A program made the position numbers and the translations under genes. Positions 35,835-50,263 of a DNA stretch of 64,000 nucleotides are shown here, in pieces (positions within the stretch are counted from its first letter, which is position 1; each line of letters starts with the position of its first letter). The stretch comes from Mobula hypostoma (taxonomy: Eukaryota). The DNA lies in NCBI RefSeq assembly GCF_963921235.1, contig NC_086101.1:4094001-4158000 (forward strand). The letters run 5' to 3'. The notes under the pieces are model-generated. The model made no database searches, was not told the origin of the DNA, and saw nothing but the letters and a program-made list of their open reading frames with translations.

Positions 35835-38800
35835 CAGGTTTGTTGCCTCCCGGGTGCCAGAGTCCGGGATGTCTCTGACCGGGTGCAGGACATCCTGGTA
35901 TGAGAGGGAAGGCAACCAGAAGTCGTGATACATGTTGGGACCAATGACATAGGCAGGAAGAGGGATGAGGTCCTGAAGTGTGAGTTTCGGGAATTAGGCA
36001 GAAGGCTGAAGAACAGGACCTCAAGGGTGACGTTCTCAGGATTGCTGCCAGTGCTACGTGACGGAGATGGTAAGAATTGGAGGAGATGGCAGTTGAATGC
36101 GTGGCTGAGGAGTTGGTGCAGGGAGCAGGGTTTCAGATTTTTAGATCATTGGGATCTCTTCTGGGGAAGGTGGGACCTGTACAGATTGGATGGGTTGCAC
36201 CTGAACTCGAGGGGGAGCAATATCCTTGCAGGTAGGTTTGCTAGCATGGTTCGGGAGGGTTTAAACTAATTTGCGAGGGGGATGGGACCCAGGGCGATAG
36301 AGCAGTGAAAGAAGTGCATGGAGTAAACCCAGATCTAACATACAGAGAGTCTTTGAGGAAAGAGAAGCAGAATAAACAGTGTAAAGACAGTAAGGTAGAA
36401 GGGCTGAAATGTGTGTACCTCAATGCAAGAAGCATCAGGAACAAAGGTGATGAACTGAGAACTTGGATACATACACGGAATTATGATGTAGTGGCCATTA
36501 CAGAGACTTGGCTGGCACCAGGGCAGGAATGGATTCTCAATATTCCTGGATTTCAGTGCTTTAAAAGGGACAGAGAGGGTGGAAAAAGGGGAGGAGGGGT
36601 GGCATTACTGGTCAGGGATACTATTACAGCTACAGAAAGGGTGGGTAATGTAGCAGGATCCTCTTTTGAGTCAATATGGGTGGAAGTCAGGAACAGGGAG
36701 GGAGCAGTTACTCTACTGGGGGTATTCTATAGGCCCCCTGGTAGCAGCAGAGATACAGAGAAGCAGATTGGGAGGCAGATTTTGGAAAGGTGCAAAAATA
36801 ACAGGGTTGTTGTCATGGGTGACTTTAACTTCCCTAATATTGATTGGCTCCTGATTAGTTCCAAGGGTTTAGATGGGGCAGAGTTTGTTAAGTGTGTCCA
36901 GGATGGATTCCTGTCACAGTATGTAGACAGATCGACCGGGGGAATGCCATACTAGATCTAGTACTAGGTAATGAACCGGGTCAGGTCACAGATCTCTTAG
37001 TGGGTGAGCATCTGGGGAATAGTGACCACCGCTCCCTGGCCTTTATAATTATCATGGAAAAGGGTAGAATCAAAGAGGACAGGAAAAATTTTAATTGGGG
37101 AAAGGCAAATAATGAGGCTATAAGGCTAGAACTTGCAGGTGTGAACTGGGATGATGTTTTTGCAGGGAAATGTACTATGGACATGTGGTCGATGTTTAGA
37201 GATCTCTTGCAGGATGTAAGGGATAAATTTGTCCCGGTGAGGAAGATAAACAATGGTGGGGTGAAGGAACCATGGGTGACAAATGAGGTGGAAAATCTAG
37301 TCAGGTGGAAGAAGGCAGCATACATGAGGTTTAGGAAGCAAGGATCAGATGGGTCTATTGAGGAATATAGGGAAGCAAGAAAGGAGCTTAAGAAGGGGCT
37401 GAGAAGAGCAAGAAGGGGGCATGAGAAGGCCTTGGCGAGTAGGGTAAAGGAAAACCCCAAGGCATTCTTCAATTATGTGAAGAAAAAAAGGATGACAGGA
37501 GTGAAGGTAGGACCGATTAGAGATAAAGGTGGGAAGATGTGCCTGGAGGCTGTGGAAGTGAGCGAGGTCCTCAATGAATACTTCTCTTTGGTATTCACCA
37601 ATGAGAGGGAACTTTATGATGGTGAGGACAATATGAGTGAGGTTGATGTTCTGGAGCATGTTGATATTAAGGCAGAGGAGGTTTTGGAGTTGTTAAAATA
37701 CATTAGGACAGATAAGTCCCCGGGGCCTGATGGAATATTCCCCAGGCTGCTCCATGAGGCGAGAGAAGAGATTGCTGAGCCTCTGGCTAGGATCTTTATG
37801 TCCTCGTTGTCCACGAGAATGGTACCGGAGGATTGGAGGGAGGCGAATGTTGTTCCTTGTTCAAAAAAGGTAGTAGGGATAGTCCGGGTAATTATAGACC
37901 AGTGAGCCTTACGTCTGTGGTGGGAAAGCTGTTGGAAAAGATTCTTAGAGATAGGATCTATAGGCATTTAGAGAATCATGGACTGACCAGGGACAGTCAG
38001 CATGGCTTTGTGAAGGGCAGATCCTGTCTAACAAGCCTGATAGAGTTCTTTGAGGAGGTGACCAGGCATATAGATGAGGGTAGTGCAGTGGATGTGATCT
38101 ATATGGATTTTAGTAAGGCATTTGACAAGGTTCCACACGGTAGGCTTATTCAGAAAGTTAGAAGGCATGGGATCCAGGGAAGTTTGGCCAGGTGGATTCA
38201 GAATTGGCTTGCCTGCAGAAGGCAGAGGGTGGTGGTGGAGGGAGTACATTCAGATTGGAGGATTGTGACTAGTGGTGTCCCACCAGGATCTGTTCTGGGA
38301 CCTGTACTTTTCATGATTTTTATTAACGACCTGGATGTGGGGGTAGAAAGGTGGGTTGGCAAGTTTGCAGACAACACAAAGGTTGGTAGTGTTGTGGATA
38401 GTGTAGAGGATTTTCAAAGATTGCAGAGAGACATTGATAGGATGCAGAAGTGGGCTGAGAAGTGGCAGATGGAGTTCAACCCGGTGAAGTGTGAGGTGGT
38501 ACACTTTGGAAGGACAAACTCCAAGGCAGAGTACAAAGTAAATGGCAGGATACTTGGTAGTGTGGAGGAGCAGAGGGATCTCGGGGTACATGTCCACAGA
38601 TCCCTGAATGTTGCCTCGCAGGTGGATAGGGTAGTTAAGAAAGCTTATGGGGTGTTAGCTTTCTTAAGTCGAGGGATAGAGTTTTAGAGTCACGATGTAG
38701 TGATGCAGCTCTATAAAACTCTGGTTAGGCCACACTTGGAGTACTGTGTCCAGTTCTGGTCACCTCACTATAGGAAGGATGTGGAAGCATTGGAAAGGGT

Positions 38801-39260
38801 ACAGAGGAGATTTACCAGGATGCTGCCTGGTTTAGAAAGTATGCATTATGATCAGAGATTAAGGGAGCTGGGGCTTTACTCTTTGGAGAGAAGGAGGATG
38901 AGAGGAGACATGATAGAGGTGTACAAGATAATAAGAGGAATAGATAGAGTGAATAGCCAGTGCCTCTTCCCCAGGGCACCACTGCTCAATACAAGAGGAC
39001 ATGGCTTTAAGGTAAGGGGTGAGAAGTTCAAGGGGGATATTAGAGGAAGGTTTTTTACTCAGAGAGTGGTTGGTGCGTGGAATGCACTGCCTGAGTCAGT
39101 GGTGGAGGCAGATAGACTAGTGAAGTTTAAGAGACTACTAGACAGGTATATGGAGGAATCTAAGGTGGGGGCTTATATGGGAGGCAGGGTTTGAGGGTCG
39201 GCACAACATTGTGGGCCGAAGGGACTGTACTGTGCTGTACTATTCTATGTTCTATGTTCT
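35835..39260 (+). mobile_element. Young CR1: ORF1 esterase end plus near-complete ORF2 with a few frameshifts and stops
   Basis: ORFs 35925-36269, 36305-36955, 36892-37905, 37833-38687, 38700-39194; (ttctatgt)n tail. Confidence 0.95.
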
Positions 39261-39261
39261 A

Positions 39262-40050
39262 TTACAGATGGAATTTAATGCAGACAAGTGTAAGGCATTG
39301 CACTTTGGGCAGATCAACCAGGGTAGGAATAAAATGGTTAGTGGTTGGGCACTGAAGAGTGTGGTAGAACAGGGGGATCTGGGAATATAGATCCATAATT
39401 CCTTGAAAATGGTGTCACAGGTAGATAGGGTTGTAAAAGAAGCTTTTGACACATTGGCTTTCATAAATCAAAATACTGAATATGGGAGGTGGGATATTAT
39501 GTGGAAATTGTTTAAGACATCCGTGTGTCTAATGTGGGGCATTTTGTGCAGTTCAAGTAATCTAGCTACAGGATAGATTGAAAGAGTGCTAAAAATATTT
39601 ACAAGGATTTTGCCAGAATTTCAGGGCCTGAGTTATAGGGAAAGGTTGAATAGACCTGGACTCTATTGTCTGGAGCAGAGGAGAATGAGGGGAGATTTTA
39701 TAGAGGTATAGAAAGTTATGAGGGGTATAGAGAGGGTAAATGCAAGCAGGCTTTTTCCACAGAACTTGGGTGAGATTAGAACTAGAGGTCATGGTAAAGG
39801 GTGAAAGGTGAAATGTGTAAGGGGAACATGAGAAGATACGTCTTTAGTCAGAAGGTGGTGGGAGTGTGGAACAATCTGCAGAGGAAGTAGTAGATAGGGG
39901 TTCAATTGCAACATTTGAGAGGCGCTTGGATAAGTAGATGGATGGGAGGGGTATGGGGGACTAGTCTCCAGGTGCAGATCAGTGGGAATAGGCAGATTAA
40001 TGATTTGGTATGGACTACATGGGCCAAAGGTGCTGTAATGTTCTAAGAGT
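39262..40050 (+). mobile_element. Older CR1 3' fragment
   Basis: QMEFNADKC...RRMRGDFIEV remnants. Confidence 0.78.
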
Positions 40051-40073
40051 CCAAGAATCTGTTAATTCCAGAC

Positions 40074-40211
40074 CTAATATGTCGTCAAAGGACTGCACCA
40101 AAACGCTGATGTTCTTCACGTTGAAGCTATGCCTCTCATCGCTTTTCTTTGATGCGAGTTTACTCAGCTCCAAAATGTCCACTTGATCAGAGACGCCAAA
40201 CGCATACATGT
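40074..40211 (-). CDS. CFB: Complement factor B/C2 family exon (vWA C-terminus), (D)MYAFGVSDQVDILELSKLASKKSDERHSFNVKNISVLVQSFDDIL
   Basis: Acceptor ccttacag, donor G|GTCTGG; 138 nt, phase 1->1. Aligns without gaps to factor B DVYVFGVG...LASKKDNEQHVFKVKD. Confidence 0.92.
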
Positions 40212-40811
40212 CTGTAAGGTACAATGGGATCACAGTGAGTGCAGTCTCGCATTACAGGAGTTTGGTAACCATTTCCCATCTCCCAGCTCCAACGCAGCCC
40301 ATCCTCACTGCCTCCTCCCTGGTCCTCCTTCACCTTTCAATGTATAAAATTTATTATCAAGGTACATATATGTCACAATATTATAATAATTAAAAATAAA
40401 TAAGCAATGATTATGAAGAACAACTCAGCCATGGAGAGTCCCAGGTCCATCTACAAAAGGAGCGGGGTTTGGAATGGGATGAGCAACTCCATCCGGTAAA
40501 AGCCCAGAGCTACCAAAACACCAACAGAAGCCCCAGAGACATCATCCCATTTTTCCCCCCACAGAGTGCTCGGTGCCTGGAATGTACTGCCTGGGGTGGT
40601 ACTAAGAGAAAACATCTTATCAAGGTACGGATCTGTTACCAAACAGAACCATTTTCTTGTGAGCACACTCAATTGTTTTAATAACCATAACAGAATCAAT
40701 GAAGCACTGCACCACCAGGGTGGTCAACCAGTGTGTGAAAGACACCAGGCTCTGGAAATACAAAAAGGAAGAATAAAAATAATAATAAGGAGGAAGAGGA
40801 ATAACAGACAT

Positions 40812-41150
40812 TAAAAACTTACACGACGAAATTTAAAGGATATACTTTGATCAACAAAACCAGGATTCCACTCCCACACGAGCATTTGCAATTCTGACAC
40901 GAAGTACACACCACCAAACTTAAAAGAGTGCACAACCCAGAAAAATGAAGCAATTATCTTCATCCCAGAAATTCCCAGAAAAATTAAGAAAAGGTTAACC
41001 AATGGAAGAGAATGACCCTCCACGGAAGACACCCCCATGATCCGAGTAGATCAGATGTCAACAAGGAAGTGTCAAGTGCCTGGCTCAGAGTTGGAGACCT
41101 CTTCCCAGAAACAGAAGGGTTCCTTGTGGCAAATACAGATGGTTAACACA
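40812..41150 (+). mobile_element. R4/Dong-like non-LTR element fragment (post-RT region)
   Basis: W..MTLHGRHP...SSAWLRVGDLFPETEGFLVA motif. Confidence 0.7.
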
Positions 41151-41194
41151 CACACAAAAAATTTGAATTTGAATTTATTTATTTAAGTCTTACG

Positions 41195-43150
41195 CATAAG
41201 ATATAGGAGCAGAAGTGGGCCATTCGGCCCATTGATTCTGTTCGCCATTCAATCATGGGCTGATCCAATTCTTCCAGTCATCCCCACTCCCCTGCCTTCT
41301 CCCCCTATCCTATGATGCCCTGGCTAATCAAGAACCTATCTATCTCTGCCTTAAATACACCCAATGACTTGGCCTCCACAGCTGCTCGTGGCAACAAATT
41401 ACACAGATTTACCACCCTCTGACTAAAGTAATTTCTCTACATATCTGTTTTAAATGGAAGTCCTTCAATCCTGAAGTCATACCCTCTTGTCCTGGTATCC
41501 CCTACCATGGGAAATAACATTGCCACATCTAATCTATTCAGGCCTTTTAACATTCGGAATGTTTCTATGAGATCCCCCTCATTCTCCTGAACTGCAGGGA
41601 ATACAGCTCAAGAGCTGCCAGACGTTCCTCATACAGAAACCCTTTCATTCCTGGAATCATTCTCATGAATCTTCACTGAACTTTCTCCAATGTCAGTATA
41701 TCCTTTCTAAAATAAGGAGCCCAAAACGGTACACAATACTCCAAGCATGGTCTCACGAGTGCTTTATAGAGTCTCAACATCACATCCCTGCTCTTATATT
41801 CTATACCTCTAGAAATGAATGCCAACATTGCATTCACCTTTTTCACAACCGACTCAACCTGGAGGTTAACCTTTAGGGTATCCTGCACAAGGACTCCCAA
41901 GTCCCTTTGCATCTCTGCATTTTGAATTCTCTCCCCATCTAAATAATAGCCTGTCTGTTTATTTCTTCCACCAAAGTGCATGACCATACACTTTCCAACA
42001 TCATATTTCATTTGCCACTTCTTTGTCCATTTACTTAAACTATCGAGGTCTCTCTGCAGGCTCTATGTTTCCTCAACACTAACCAATCCTACACCTATCC
42101 TTGTATCATTGGCAAACTTAGCCACAAATCCAATAATCCCATAGTCCAAATTATTGACATACATCGTAAAAAGCAGTGGTCTCAACACAGCCTCTGTGGA
42201 ACTCCACTGGTAACCGGCAGCCAGCCAGAATAGGATCCCTTTATTCCCACTTTCTGTTTTCTGCCAACCACCCATGCTAGTAACTTCCCTGTAATTCCAT
42301 GGGCTCTTATCTTGCAAAGCAGCCTCATATGTGGCACCTTGTCAAAGGCCTTCTGAAAATCCAAGTACACCACATCTACTGCATCTCCTTTGTCTACCCT
42401 GCTTGTAACTTCCTCAAAGAATTGCAGTAGGTTTGTTAGGCACTATTTTCCTTTCCAGAAACCATGCTGGCTTTGGCCTATCTTGGCATGTGCCTCCAGG
42501 TATTCTGTAATCTCATCCCTAACAATCGATTCCAACAAATTCTCAACCACTGAGGTCAGGCTAACAGGTCTACAGTTTCCTTTCTGCTGCCTCCCTCCCT
42601 TCTTAAATAGCAGAGTAACATTTGCAATTTTCCAGACATCCGGTACAATACCAGAATCTATCGATTGTTGATGCCTCTGCAATCTTTCCAGCTACTTCCT
42701 TCAGAACTCAAGGGAGCATTCCATCAGGTCCAAGAGATTTATCCACCCTCAGATCATTAAGCTTTCTGAGCACCTTCTCAGTCATAATTTTCACTGCAAA
42801 TACTTCATCTCCCTGACACTTTTGAATGTCCGGTATACTGCAGGTATCTTCCACTGTGAGGACTGATGCAAAATGCGCATTCAGTTCCTCTGCCATCTCT
42901 GCATCTCTCATTATAATATCTCCAGCGTCATTTTCTATCGGTCCTACATCTAACCTCAACTCTCTTTTACCCTTTATATACTTAAAAAAGCTTTTACTAC
43001 CTTCTTTGATATTAGTCACCAGCTTCCTTTCATAATTCATCTTTTCCTTCCTAATAACCTTCTTAGTTTCCTTCTGCAAGTTTTTATAAGCATCCCAATC
43101 CTCTATCTTCCCACTGGCTTTGGCTTCCTTGTATGCCTTCTCTTTTGCTT
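41195..43150 (-). mobile_element. CR1 ORF2 3' half, same subfamily as 26310-30561
   Basis: RT motifs and cttatg tail. Confidence 0.9.
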
Positions 43151-43199
43151 CCACATCCCACAAGATGAGGGAGTAAAAATCTTCGTGTTATGACTCTGT

Positions 43200-43980
43200 C
43201 GCTATGTACAGACATGTGAATTCAAAAGTCTGTTGGCTTGTAGAAAGAAGCTGTCCTGTAGTCTGCCAGTCCTTGCTCTAATGCTGTGGTCTGGTTTGCC
43301 AAGCAGAGGCAGCTGAAACAGTTTATGGTTGGGGTGACTGGAGACCTTGATGATCTACCAGCCCTTCTTTCTGCATCTGCTGTTGTAAATGTCCTCAATG
43401 GAGGGAAGTTCACATCCACAGATGCGCTGGGCTGTCCGTACCACTCTCTGCAGTGCCCAGCGATCAGGGTTGGTGCAGTTCCCATACCAGGCAGTGATAC
43501 AGCCAGTCAGGATGCTCTGAATGGTACAACTGTAGGTCTTGAGGATTTGGGAGTTCTTGCTGAATGCCTTCAGTTGCCTGAGTTGGAAGAGACACTGTTG
43601 TGCCTTTTTTTTTGCCACAAAGCCAATGTGGACAGTCCACATGAGATCATCGCTGATGTGTATACCGAGGAACTTGAAACTACTCACCCTCTCAACTGCG
43701 GTCCTGTTGATGTTGAATGGGGTGAGCCTGTCTCCTTTCCTCCTGTAATCCATGTTCAGCTCTTTTGCCTTTTTTTGGACATTAAGGGAGAGGCTGTTTC
43801 ATGGCACCACTTTGTCAGAGTGTCAACCTCTCCTCTGTATGCTGTCTCATCACCGCTAGAAATGAGGCCAATCAATGTCGTGTCATCTGCGTGTCTGATC
43901 AGCAGATTGAAGCTGTGTGTGGCAGCACTGTCCAGGGTGTAAAGGGAGTAGGAGGAGACTCAGGACACTACCTTGGGGGA
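43200..43980 (-). mobile_element. Rex1/Babar-like LINE fragment
   Basis: VERVSSFKFLGIHISDDL, CTIQSILTGCITAWYG. Confidence 0.85.
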
Positions 43981-43985
43981 GAACC

Positions 43986-44337
43986 TGTTATGTACCAGCA
44001 ACAATAGATATGAAATTGAGTCGGGTTTTTTTATAAATAAACAAAGAAATCTATTAACCTCTACTCAAAAACATAGAAAAGTAAACAAACGACTAACTGA
44101 AACTGAAGCTAACAGTGTTATGCGTCTATAGTTATCAGACAGTCAAACTTAAAGACAATTCTTAACAGATCTTACTTAAGCACAGTCTTAAGGTGGTAGT
44201 TCAAAGAGTCCAAGTGACTTATGAAATAAATAAGAGGAGAGACTTCCTGAACCAGCGATGAAGAAAAGACAAAACTGCTGATGCAGATTCCAGCCGAGAA
44301 ATGCCTTGTATGAAGAGATCACGAAAAATACGATTTC
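43986..44337 (-). mobile_element. Partial LTR (3' end), related to the solo LTR at 53376
   Basis: Minus strand ends attgttgctggtacataaca, matching cattgttgccggttacataaca at ~54236-54257. Confidence 0.6.
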
Positions 44338-45660
44338 TCACTTGATATAGATGACAAATAACAATGGACCCAGCACTGATCCCTGTGGCACACCACTAGT
44401 CACAGGCCTCCACTCGGAGAAGCAATTCTCTACCACCACTCTTTGGCTTCTTCCATTGAGCCAATGTCTAATCCAATTTACCACCTCTCCATGTATACCT
44501 AGCGACTGAATTTTCCTAACTAATCTTCCATGCGGGACCTTGTCAAAGGCCTTACTGAAGTCCATGTTGACAATATCCACTGCCCTCCCTTCATCCACTT
44601 TCCTGGTAACCTCCTCGAGAAACTCCAATAGATTGGTCAAACATGACCTACCACGCACAAAGCCATGTTGACTCTCCCTAATAAGACCCTGTCTATCCAA
44701 ATGCTTGTAGATTCTGTCTCTTAGTACTCCCTCCAATAACTTACCCACTACCGACGTTAAACTCACCGGCCTATAATTTCCCGGATTACTTTTCGATCCT
44801 TTTTTAAACAACGGAACAACATGAGCCACTCTCCAATCCTCCGGCACCTCACCCGTAGACAGCGACATTTTAAATATTTCTGCCAGGGCCCCCACAATTT
44901 CAACACTAGTCTCCTTCAAGGTCCGAGGGAACACTCTGTCAGGTCCCGGGGATTTATCCACTTTAATTTTCCTCAAGACAGCAAGCACCTCCTCCTTTTC
45001 AATCTGTACAGTTTCCATGATCTCACTGCTTGATTCCCTCAATTCCATAGACTTCATGCCAGTTTCCTTAGTAAATACAGACGCAAAAAACCTATTTAAG
45101 ATCTCCCCCTTTTCCTTTGGTTCCGCACATAGCCGACCACTCTGATCTTCAAGAGGACCAATTTTATCCCTTACAATCCTTTTGCTCTTAATATACCTGT
45201 AAAAGCTCTTTGGATTATCCTTCACCTCATGTCTTCTTTTAGCCCTCCTGATTTCTTTCTTAAGTATGTTCTTGCACTTTTTATACTCCTCAAACACCTT
45301 ATTTTCTCCCTGTTTCCTATACATGTCATACAACTCTCTCTTTTTCTTTATCAGAGTTGCAATATCCCTTGAGAACCAAGGTTCCTTATTCCTATTCACT
45401 TTGCCTTTAATCCTGACAGGAACATACAAGCTCTGCATTCTCAAAATTTCTCCTTTGAAGGCTTCCCACTTACCAATCTCATCCTTGCCAGAGAACAACC
45501 TGTCCCAATCCACGCTTTTTAGATCCTTTCTCGTTTCTTCAAATTTGGCTGCCTTCCAGTTCAGAACCTCAACCCTAGGACCAGATCTATCCTTGTCCAT
45601 GATCAAGTTGAAACTAATGGTGCTATGATCACTGGAACCAAAGTGCTCTCCTACACACAC
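44338..45660 (-). mobile_element. CR1 ORF2 segment, same subfamily as 22451-24800
   Basis: Open frame from VCVGEHFGSSDH to GVPQGSVLGPLLFVIYI. Confidence 0.92.
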
Positions 45661-47890
45661 CATACAATCACCAAGATCCTTTTCCATAGTAAATACTGAA
45701 GTAAAGTATTCATTAAGTACCTCTGCTATTTCCTCCGGTTCCATAATACTTTCCCACTGTCATACTTCATTGATCCTATTCTTTCACGTCTTATCCTCTT
45801 GCTCTTCACATACTTGGAGAATGCCTTGGGGTTTTCCTTAATCCTGCCTGCCAAGGCCTTCTTCTCATGGCCCCTTCTGGCTCTCCTAATTTCCTTCTTA
45901 AGCTCCTTCCTATTAGCCTTATAATCTTCTGGATCTCTAACTCTCTGAATTTTTTGTAAGCTTCTCTTTTCTTCTTGACTGGATTTATTACAGCCTTTGT
46001 ATCCCCTCAACATTTGCCACATTCCTTCTGTACTTTTCCCTGAGAACATCTGTTTCCAATTTAAGCTTCCAATTTCCTGCCTGATAGTCTCATAATTCCC
46101 CTTACTCCAATTAATCACTTTCCTAACTTGTCTGTTCCTCTCTCTCTCCAATGCTATTGTAAAGGAGATAGAATTATGATCACTGTCTCCAAAATGCTCT
46201 CCCACTGAGAGATCCGACACCTGACCAGGTTCATTTCACAATACCAAATCAAGTACAGCCTCTCCTCTTGTAGGCTAATCTATATATTGGGACAAGAAGC
46301 CTTCCTGAACACACCTAACAAACTCCACCCCATCTAACCCCCTTGCTCAAGGGAGATGCCAATCGATATTTGGGAAATTAAAATCTCCCATCACGACAAC
46401 TCTGCTATTATTACACCTTTCCAGGATCTGTTTCCCTATCTGCTCCTCAATATCCCTGTTACTATTGGGCGGCCAATAGTAAAGTTATTGATCCCTTCCT
46501 CTTCCTAACCTCCACCCACAGAGACCTCGTAGACAATCCCTCCATGGCGGCCACCTTTTTTGCAGCCGTGACTATATCTGATCAACACTGCCACGCCCCA
46601 CCTCTTTTGCCTCCCTCCCTGTCCTTTCTGAAATATCTAAAACCCAGCACTTGAAGTAACCATTGCTGTCCCTGAGCCATCCAAGTCTCTGTAATGGCCA
46701 CCACATCATATCTCCAAGTACTGATCCACTCTCTAAGCTCATCCGTTTTGTTCAGTCGTCCCTTCTCTATCACCTGCCTATCCTCCCTGTCGCATTGTCT
46801 ACAAGCTTTCTCTATTTGTGAGCCAACCTCCTCTTCCCCAGTCTCTTCAGTTCAGTTCCCACCCCCCAACAATTGTAGTTTAAACTCTCCCCAGTAGCCT
46901 TAGCAAACCTCCCCTCCAGGATATTGGTTCCCCTGGGATTCAAGTGCAACCCATCCTTTTCGTACAGGTCACACCTGCCCCAGAAGAGGTCCCAATGATC
47001 CAGAAATCTGAATCCCTGCCCCCTGCTCCAATCCCTCAGCCACGCATTTATCCTCCACCTCACTGTCGCGTGGCACAGGCAGTAATCCCAAGATGAATAG
47101 CTTTGCAGTCCTGCTTCTCAACTTCCTTCCTAACCCCCTGTAGTCTTTTTTCAGGACCTCTTCCCTTTTCCTACTTATGTCATTGGTACCAACATGTACC
47201 ATCCTCTGGCTGTTCTCCTTCCCACTGCAGGATATCTTGGATGCGATCTGAAACACCCCGGACCCTGGCATCTGGGAGGCAAACTACCATCTGAGTTTCT
47301 TTCCTGCGTCCACAGAATCGCCTGTCTGACCCCCTAACTATCGAGTCCCCTATCACTACTGCCTTCCTCTTCCTTTCCCTACCCTTCTGAGCCACAGGGC
47401 CAGACTCTGTGCCAGAGGCACGGCCGCTGTCGCTTCCCCCAGGTAGGCTGTCCCCCCTAACAGTACTCAAACAGGAGTACTTATTGTCAAGGGGTACAGC
47501 CACAGGGGTACCCTCTATTACCTGACTCTTCACCTTCCCCCTCCTGACTGTGACCCACTTGTCTGTCTCCCGTGGCCCCGGTGTGACCACCTGCCTATAA
47601 CTCCTCTCTATCAGCTCCTCTTTCTCCCTGACCAGGCGAAGGTCATTGAGCTGCATTTCCAGTTCCCTAACACGGTCCCTTAGGAGCTGCAGCTCGACAC
47701 ACCTGGTGCAGATGTGGCCGTCCGGGAGGCTGGGAGACTTCAGGACCTCCCACATCTGACACCGAGCACAGAAAACTGGCCTCACACACATACTTCCTCC
47801 TTTCTGCAAATAACACAGGTAAACCTACCTTGCCTCATTCTGTTACTGCCTAAATCCGTTGAGCCAATGCCCTATCACTCTGCTGCCTCT
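45661..47890 (-). mobile_element. CR1 5' half (ORF1 47180-47809 onward, ORF2 APE)
   Basis: FCARCQMW...HICTRC, GDSIVRG, DGLHLN, ETW and GDFN motifs. Confidence 0.9.
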
Positions 47891-48517
47891 CACTCCACAA
47901 TCCACACGATCAATGCTTGTCATCATCTTATACACCTCTATCAAGTCACCTCTCATCTTCCGCTGCTCCAAGGAGAAAGGCCAAGTTCACTCAACCTATT
48001 CTCATAAGGCATTCTCCCCAATCCAGGCAACATTCTTGTAAATCTCCTCTGCACCCTTTCTGTAGTTTCCACATCCTTCATGTAGTGAGGTGACCAGAAA
48101 TGAGCACAGTACCCCAAGTGGGGTCTGACCAGGTTCCTATAGTGCTATAATATTACCTCTCAGCTCTTGAACTCAATCCCACAGTTGATGAAGACCAATG
48201 TACTGTATGACTTCTTAATCACAGAGACAACCTGCACAGCAGCTTTGAGCGTCCTATGGACTCGGACCCCAAAATCCCTCTGATCCTCCACACTGCCAAG
48301 AGTCTCACCATTAATACTATATTCTGCCATCATATTTGACCTACCAAAATGAACCACTTCACATTTATCTGGGTTGAATTCCATCTGCCACTTCTCAGGC
48401 CAGTTGTGCATCCTAGCAATGTCCTGCTGTAACCTCTGACAACCCCCCAGAATATCCACAACACCCCCAACCTTTGTGTCATCAGCAAATTTACTAACCC
48501 ACCCTTCTACTTCCTCA

Positions 48518-48872
48518 AGCAACACACATCAAAGTTGCTGGTGAACGCCAGGCAGCATCTCTAGGAAGAGGTACAGTGGACGTTTCAGGCCGAGACCCTT
48601 CGTCAGGACTAACTGAAGGAAGAGCTAGTAAGAGATTTGAAAGTGGGAGGGGGAGGGGGAGATCCAAAATGATAGGATAAGACAGGAGAGGGAGGGATGG
48701 AGCCAGGAGCTGGACAGGTGATTGGCAAAAGAGATACGAGAGGATCATGGGACAGGAGGTCTGGGAAGAAAGACGGGGGGGGGACCCAGAGGATGGGCAA
48801 GGGGTATATTCAGAGGGACAGAGATGTGTGTTGCTTGAATTTACAGCATCTGCAGAATTCCTGTTGTTTACG
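48518..48872 (-). mobile_element. Short Penelope-derived element with inverted end, 14-bp TSD, hammerhead motif (48574-48611)
   Basis: TSD cttctacttcctca at 48504-48517 and 48873-48886. Confidence 0.85.
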
Positions 48873-50263
48873 CTTCTACTTCCTCATCCAGGTCACTTAT
48901 AAAAACATCACACAGAGGAGGAGGCCCAGAACAGATCTGCGCAGAACTCCACTGGTCACCAAACTCCATGCAGAATCTGACCGTTTACAACCACCCTTTG
49001 CCTTCTAGAACATAGAACATGGAAAACTAGTGCACAATACAGGCCCTTCAGTCCACAAAGCTGTGCCGAACATGTCCTTCCTTACCTTAAAACTACCAAG
49101 GCTTACCCATAGCCCTCTATTTTTCTAAGCTCCATGTACCTATCCAGAAGTCTCTTAAAAGAGTCTATCATTTCCACCTCCACCACCGCCGCCAGCAGCC
49201 CATTCCAGGCACTCACCACTCTCTGCGTAAAAAACTTACCCCTGACATCTTCAGTGGCAAGCCAATTCTGGATCCACAAAGCAAGGCCTCCTTGGATCCC
49301 ATGCCTCCTTACTTTCTGAATGAACCTTCCATGGGCAACCTTATCAAATACCTTACTGAAATCCATATACACTACATCCACTGCTCTACCTTTGTCAATG
49401 TGTTTTGTTCCTCCTCAAAAAATTCAATCAGGCTTGAAAGGCACGACCTGCTCTTGACAACCCCATGCTGACTATTCCGAATGAGATTATGTCTCTCCAA
49501 ATGCTTATAAATCCTGCCTCTCAGGATCTTCTCCAACAACTTGCCCACCACTGAAGTAAGACTCACTGGTCTATAATTTCCTGGTTTATCTCTACTGCCT
49601 TTCTTCAACAAGGGAACAGCATTTGCAACCCTGCAATCCTCCAGTACTTCTCTTGCCCTATTGATGATGCAAAGATCATCACCAGAGGCTCAGAAAATTC
49701 GTCCCTCACTTCCCACAGTAGCCTGGGGTATATCTCGTCCGGACAATGCTTTTCAAAAGCTCTACATCTTTCTTAATGTCTAGTTGTGCAAGCATCTCAG
49801 TCTGCTGGAAGTCATCCCCACAATTGCCAAGGTCCTTTTCCCTGATGAATACTGAAGCAAAGTATTCATTAGGTACTTCCACTACCTCCTCCGACTCCAC
49901 GCACACATTTCCACTATCGCACTGTATTCTCACACAGTTTATCCTCTTGTTCTTCACATACTTGTAGAATGCCTTGGGATTTTCCTTAATACTGCTCACC
50001 AAGGCCTTCTCATGGCCCCTTCTGGCTCCCCTAATTCCATTCTTAATCTTCTTCCGAGCAACCTTGTTATTTTCTAGAGCTCTAACAATACGTAGTTTCT
50101 TGAAACTTTTTTAGGCTTTTCATTTCTTCTTAATTAGATATTTCTTTTATACCATAATTTCCCTGCCTCTATGGAACATTCCCATGCCGAACTCCATGCA
50201 ACATTTCTGCCATGCATTTCCCTGAGAATATCTGCTCTCAAGTTTCTGCCTAATAGCATCATA

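Noticed and set aside
44338..45744. 468-aa ORF as a single gene
   Set aside because: Chance in-frame junction of two different CR1 fragments near 45660; the RT is truncated.
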